A stretch of 12,507 nucleotides of DNA from Pseudomonadota bacterium (GTDB taxonomy: Bacteria; Desulfobacterota; Desulfobacteria; Desulfobacterales; RPRI01), in contig JBDRRF010000113.1 of the NCBI GenBank assembly GCA_043825875.1, forward strand, positions 1-12,507, written 5' to 3'. Position 1 is the first letter of the stretch; each line of letters opens with the position of its first letter. The notes under the pieces were generated by a model. The model saw only the letters and a list, made by a program, of their open reading frames with translations, made no database searches and was not told where the DNA came from. A program made the position numbers and the translations under genes. Positions 8,346 through 12,507 of the stretch are shown here, piece by piece.

Positions 8346-9428
8346 ATGATTAAAGTTGAATCGGCGGGGATTACGGATACTGGCAGAAAAAGATCAGGCA
8401 ATGAAGACTCTTATTTTGTTGATGAAAGCAATTGTCTTTATGTAGTTGCCGATGGAATGGGCGGACATAATGCCGGAGAAGTAGCCAGCAAACTAGTTGT
8501 AGATACACTACAAGAAATGATGGACCAATATGTTTGTGGTGATACCGATAAAATTAAATCCATTCAAGATGTTTCAATCCATGCCTCGTGGCTTATAACA
8601 AGTGTTGCAGAAGCCAACAAACGAGTTTACAGACTTTCAAAAAAAGAATCAGCATGTAAAGGAATGGGTTCTACTGTTTCCGCTGTTTTTGTAGTATCCG
8701 ATAAACTGATTGCATTAAACGTGGGAGACAGTCCTATATATCTTTTTCGCAATAATGAAATTGATCTGCTATCAGTTCCGCATACGGCGATGGCCGAATA
8801 TGCAGCCTTTGCTCCTGCTGGTGCGCCACCTCTTTCGGAAAAATTCAGGCATACGATTACACGGGCTATTGGTATTAAGAAGGAGGTAGTACCTGATTTT
8901 TGTGAAATTAAAATATTTACCGGTGACCAAGTTCTTGTGTGCTCAGATGGCCTTAGTGATAAAGTAAAACCTGAAGAAATAATGGATATCATGAAAAACA
9001 ACTCCGCTTTAAAAGCAAGCCGAATGTTGGTTGATCTTGCCAATGAGCGGGGAGGTGATGATAATATAACTTTAATTGCCTTAAACATTACAGATGATTT
9101 GCAAGCTCAAACAAAACCCGGTTTTACAACAACACATACCAATAAGAATGATGAGATTGTAAGGCAGTTTGTAGTAGAATACGATACGGATGATATTTCA
9201 AACAGGGTTTTAGTAGAAGATATTACTATGAAGGGGTTCTTTCTTGAAACAGGTGAAATTTTTTCAATGGGTCAAAATATTATTCTTACAATTTCGGATG
9301 AAACAGAAGAAAATTCTGTGATGGTTAATGCAAAGATTATAGAAAGAAGACCTGTTGGAGTAAAGCTTGAGTTTGATAAGCTTACACCGGATCAAAAAAA
9401 GAAGATTAAATCTTTAATCGATAAATAA
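8346..9428 (+). CDS. PP2C/PPM-family (Stp1/PrpC-like) Ser/Thr phosphatase with a C-terminal PilZ-like domain
   Basis: GRKRSGNEDS, VADGMGGHNAGEVAS, GMGST, NVGDS, CSDGL and GGDDNIT. The last ~90 aa (EDITMKGFFLETGE...GVKLEF..LT..QKKKI) resemble a PilZ beta-barrel by eye. Confidence 0.88.
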   Translation: MIKVESAGITDTGRKRSGNEDSYFVDESNCLYVVADGMGGHNAGEVASKLVVDTLQEMMDQYVCGDTDKIKSIQDVSIHASWLITSVAEANKRVYRLSKKESACKGMGSTVSAVFVVSDKLIALNVGDSPIYLFRNNEIDLLSVPHTAMAEYAAFAPAGAPPLSEKFRHTITRAIGIKKEVVPDFCEIKIFTGDQVLVCSDGLSDKVKPEEIMDIMKNNSALKASRMLVDLANERGGDDNITLIALNITDDLQAQTKPGFTTTHTNKNDEIVRQFVVEYDTDDISNRVLVEDITMKGFFLETGEIFSMGQNIILTISDETEENSVMVNAKIIERRPVGVKLEFDKLTPDQKKKIKSLIDK

Positions 9429-9471
9429 ACTTTGTTTATTGTTTGGAAATTGAAAGAAACAAAAATTTAAA

Positions 9472-10218
9472 ATGGAAAACCTCATCAAAAAAGCAGCGAG
9501 AGATCTTGCAAACTCCAATAATGTTGTAGCTCTAACAGGAGCCGGTATTTCGGTGGAAAGCGGTATCCCTCCATTCAGGGGAAAAGGCGGCATATGGGAA
9601 AAAATTGATCCAATGGAATTTGCACATATTGACTCTTTTATGCGAGACCCTGCTAAAGTATGGAATATTCTCATAAGGGAGATGAAAGATGTAATTGAAA
9701 ATGCTAAGCCGAATAACGCTCATATAGGTCTTGCAAAACTTGAAGAGTTAAAAATTCTAAGTACAATTATAACCCAGAATGTTGACGGGCTTCATCAGCT
9801 TGCCGGAAATACCGATGTTATTGAGTTTCATGGCACCTTTGCATTGCAAAGATGTCTTGAATGTGAAAAAAAGATTGAGACTTCCAAAGTTTCTCTTAAC
9901 GAAATCCCACCTAAATGTGAATGTGGAGGTATCTTAAGACCGGATTGTGTATTCTTCGGGGAAATGATACCGCAGAACCATTTATTCCGTTCGGGAAATA
10001 TCTCCCGCGAATGCGATATCATGCTGGTTGTTGGAACGTCTGCGGTTGTTTATCCGGCATCAAACATACCAGTAGATGCAAAAGAATCGGGGGCAAAGAT
10101 AATAGAAATAAATCCCGAAAACACTCCTCTTACCGCAAGTATCAGTGATTATATTATCAGGGGCAATGCCGGAGAAGTAATGAAAGAAATAATATCTGAA
10201 GTTGAAGCTCTATTGTAG
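9472..10218 (+). CDS. cobB: Sir2/CobB-family NAD+-dependent protein deacylase
   Basis: LTGAGISVESGIPPFRG, ITQNVDGLH, catalytic EFHG, Zn site CLEC...CEC, LRPDCVFFGE, VGTSAVVYPA and EINPE. Confidence 0.93.
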   Translation: MENLIKKAARDLANSNNVVALTGAGISVESGIPPFRGKGGIWEKIDPMEFAHIDSFMRDPAKVWNILIREMKDVIENAKPNNAHIGLAKLEELKILSTIITQNVDGLHQLAGNTDVIEFHGTFALQRCLECEKKIETSKVSLNEIPPKCECGGILRPDCVFFGEMIPQNHLFRSGNISRECDIMLVVGTSAVVYPASNIPVDAKESGAKIIEINPENTPLTASISDYIIRGNAGEVMKEIISEVEALL

Positions 10219-10227
10219 TATAAAGAA

Positions 10228-11766
10228 ATGACTGAACCTATAAACAGCTGGATAAAACAAATAAAGATAACTCCTCCATCTCTTAGCGATAACACAGCAG
10301 ATGCGGAACGATTTGAAAACAGCATAAAAAATGTTTTAGGCACTCAATTTCTTGATATAGATATTTGTCTTCTGGTAAAACTGCCAAAACTTATTCATAA
10401 TAATAATTTTAATCTTCGTTGTGTTTTTTTTAAAGACCATAAGAAATGGCACCTTGCCGGAATAACTGATAATGAAACAGATACTGTAGCAGGACTTGCG
10501 GTTGACCTTGGTACAACTACAGTCGTTTTAAGGTTGTTAAACCTTTCAACCGGTAAAATTCTGGCCGAGAGTTCATTTGCTAATCCTCAAATATCAGTTG
10601 GGCCGGATATTCTTGCAAGGATACATTTTGCGGAAAAAGAAAACGGACTAAAAACTCTTACGGCTTTAATTGTAAACGGAATTAATAATGCTGTAGATAA
10701 TCTTTGCAAGTCATGTAATATCAGCAATTCCGATATTTATCTGGTTTCAGTGGCAGGCAATACTTCCATGACGCATCTTTTACTTGGGCTTAACCCTTAT
10801 TATCTTATCAGAGAACCTTATATTCCTGTTATAAACAGCCCCGGCTGTTTAAGTGCCACCGAAATTGGTATAAAAGTAAATGAGTCGGCAAAAGTATTTG
10901 TATTTCCAAATGCGGGTAGTTATTTTGGAGGAGATCTTATAGCCGGAATTTTGTATTCAGGCATTAACCGAAATGAAAATACTTCTATTTTAGTTGATGT
11001 AGGAACAAATGCAGAAGTAGTACTTGGAAATAAACACTGGCTTGTCGCTTGTGCGGGAGCTGCCGGTCCGGCACTTGAAGGAGGGGTCACAAAAATGGGG
11101 ATGCTGGCAGGCCCAGGTGTGATCGACAAGATTTCTTACGATCATGCTGCACAGCTTTTTAATATCCATACGATAGGAGATCTTACTCCTGTAGGTATTT
11201 GTGGTTCAGGTCTGATTGATCTTGCAGCGGCTCTTTTTATTTCGGGAATGATTGATATAAGGGGTAAATTTGTTCCCAGTGTATGTAAGACAAGGTTGAT
11301 AGATGAAGACGGGTTTAAACGCTTTGTGGTTATTTTCGCAAAAGATTCCGCCAAAGGTTATGACCTTACCATAAGTCAGGCCGATCTTGACAGCTTGGTA
11401 AGATCCAAGGCTGCCATGTACACTATACTTGAAACCATCGCTTCATATGTTGGAATTTCTCTTTCCGAGCTAAATACTTTTTATGTGGCAGGTACTTTCG
11501 GTTCTCTTATCGATGCGCGATCTGCAATAACTATTGGTATGCTGCCGGATCTTGCCGAAAGTACTTATAAGTCTATAGGCAACAGCTCTCTTGAAGGAGC
11601 ATCTATGATTCTTACAGATTGTTCATTAATGGATGAAATAGATATAATAAGAAGCAGTATTACCTATGTTGAATTAAATGTAAATCAGGATTTTATGAAC
11701 AGGTTTTCCGCTGCCAAATTTCTCCCCCATACCAATCTTTCATTGTTTCCATCGGTCAAGTTTTGA
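10228..11766 (+). CDS. ASKHA-domain ATPase of the RACo/RamA corrinoid reductive activator family (DUF4445-type), lacking the ferredoxin domain
   Basis: AVDLGTTT, NPQ..GPDILARI, AGNTSMTHLLLG, YFGGD, DVGTNAEVVLG, AGPALEG, GICGSGLID, ISQADL...KAA and GNSSLEGA. No 2Fe-2S or 4Fe-4S cysteine pattern at either end. Confidence 0.88.
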   Translation: MTEPINSWIKQIKITPPSLSDNTADAERFENSIKNVLGTQFLDIDICLLVKLPKLIHNNNFNLRCVFFKDHKKWHLAGITDNETDTVAGLAVDLGTTTVVLRLLNLSTGKILAESSFANPQISVGPDILARIHFAEKENGLKTLTALIVNGINNAVDNLCKSCNISNSDIYLVSVAGNTSMTHLLLGLNPYYLIREPYIPVINSPGCLSATEIGIKVNESAKVFVFPNAGSYFGGDLIAGILYSGINRNENTSILVDVGTNAEVVLGNKHWLVACAGAAGPALEGGVTKMGMLAGPGVIDKISYDHAAQLFNIHTIGDLTPVGICGSGLIDLAAALFISGMIDIRGKFVPSVCKTRLIDEDGFKRFVVIFAKDSAKGYDLTISQADLDSLVRSKAAMYTILETIASYVGISLSELNTFYVAGTFGSLIDARSAITIGMLPDLAESTYKSIGNSSLEGASMILTDCSLMDEIDIIRSSITYVELNVNQDFMNRFSAAKFLPHTNLSLFPSVKF

Positions 11767-12138
11767 CAACTGCCTTTCTGGCCCCTTTCTCATAATCGCC
11801 GTTGTAGTAGCGACTGCATGTCATGACACCCATCAATAATAATAAGCACATAGACATTCTTATAAATGACATGGTAAATTATACGGAAAGGTTTGAAAAA
11901 ATCTCTCGATATTTAGTAAAGCCCAAAAAGCAACCTTACTATATTTAGTTAAATATATGGCGGTTAACGAAATTAATTATTAAATATCATAAAAATGCTT
12001 ATTTGCGTTATTTTTAAATACTATATAAAATTATATATCAATTTGATATCATTTTGAAATACTGGAGCTTTACGCGAGAACCGTTGATATGAGGGTAACG
12101 AAGGATTCGTTAAAAATATTTATGATATTTGAGAAATA

Positions 12139-12320
12139 CAGGAGTCGTTTGGCAAGCACCTATCCCTGCATAACATGAGATTGTAAGCCACTGGATCTTA
12201 ACTATCTGATAGCCAATTGTTTTTCTGCGCTTGCAACACGAATCCATAAGCGCTTGTTCATAAAGTTTTACAAGCGATTATCCATTCAGCGGCTTGAATA
12301 TGGTAACTCCCCGACCCCTG
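12139..12320 (-). ncRNA. Candidate structured non-coding RNA or non-autonomous mini-element, family unassigned
   Basis: Nested complementary segments: 12139-12147/12312-12320, 12151-12160/12302-12311, 12185-12193/12287-12295, 12198-12216 hairpin and 12251-12257/12270-12276. Non-Watson-Crick positions are mostly G.U on the minus strand. Hand-folded only. Confidence 0.5.
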
Positions 12321-12342
12321 AATATAATTAGAATTGAAATGT

Positions 12343-12358
12343 TGGCATGATTTAAGCT
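12343..12358 (+). promoter_or_regulatory. Possible sigma-54 (-24/-12) promoter
   Basis: TGGCATGATTTAAGCT has GG-N10-GC spacing and a good -24 box, but the -12 box is AAGC instead of TTGC. Confidence 0.3.
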
Positions 12359-12367
12359 TATACAATA

Positions 12368-12507
12368 GAGCCACTTTCAAAACGTTTCAGTTTGGTCAAG
12401 CTCAAGGCGGGCGAAAATTTCAACCACAGGAATACATTTAGTATTTCGAGGATTGAAATTTGAGCCCAACGCAGAGATCGGCCAAAATGGGGCGTTTTGA
12501 AACTGGC
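12368..12507. mobile_element. MITE-like palindromic repeat, copy 2 (inverted relative to copy 1; last 2 bp cut by the window end)
   Basis: Reverse complement of 68-210 except for two single substitutions (GGCGGGCG vs GGCGGGAG; CACAGGAAT vs CACAGTAAT) and one small replacement with a 1-bp indel (CGCAGAGAT vs CGCTTAAGAT). Confidence 0.85.

Noticed and set aside
6169..10218. Anti-phage system (Pycsar/CBASS/Thoeris-like, suggested by MBL + CNB + Sir2)
   Set aside because: No cyclase, TIR or CD-NTase is present. The sirtuin is a classical Zn-binding CobB type rather than a defence NADase, and the context is metabolic.
803..11354. Short overlapping ORFs in the track (803-1078, 3904-4182, 6459-6647, 6739-6939, 7431-7622, 8627-9088, 9414-9674, 9532-9723, 9828-10022, 9921-10148, 10149-10343, 10920-11129, 11142-11354)
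   Set aside because: All are antisense or out-of-frame shadows of well-supported genes and have no recognisable motifs.
11940..11957. TATATTTA-GT-TAAATATA inverted repeat
   Set aside because: Arms are A/T only in a very AT-rich spacer, as expected by chance.
11905..12090. Degenerate third mini-element bounded by GTAAAGC (11916-11922) and GCTTTAC (12067-12073)
   Set aside because: Only 7 bp of perfect inverted match and no convincing target duplication.
12185..12193. AAGCCACTG as part of a cobalamin riboswitch near the corrinoid activator
   Set aside because: The other conserved elements (AGGGAA, GGGAAG, the B12 box) are missing, and the site is downstream of the gene.
68..12507. Composite transposon carrying the 12-kb block
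   Set aside because: Copy 1 has TAAA on both sides, implying an independent insertion. The cargo is housekeeping-like with no transposase, and the outer flank of copy 2 is not visible.

Overview
AT-rich bacterial chromosomal segment. Gene content and style suggest an anaerobic Desulfobacterota-type organism (inference). Left part: an ETF:quinone oxidoreductase gene converges, with no gap, on a phasin-like/UbiB(ABC1) kinase pair. Right part: seven co-oriented + strand genes. A CooC/AcsF Ni-insertion ATPase and a ferredoxin-less ASKHA/RACo-type corrinoid activator bracket five modification/signalling enzymes: a PrmA-like methyltransferase, an MBL-fold hydrolase, a Ser/Thr kinase with a cNMP-binding domain, a PP2C phosphatase with a degenerate PilZ-like domain, and a Sir2/CobB deacylase. 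Two near-identical ~143-bp palindromic MITE-like repeats lie in inverted orientation at the window ends. An unannotated ~182-nt stretch (12139-12320) folds by hand into a nested multi-stem structure, best on the minus strand, and is a candidate structured RNA or second mini-element. No transposase, rRNA, tRNA or CRISPR array was seen.
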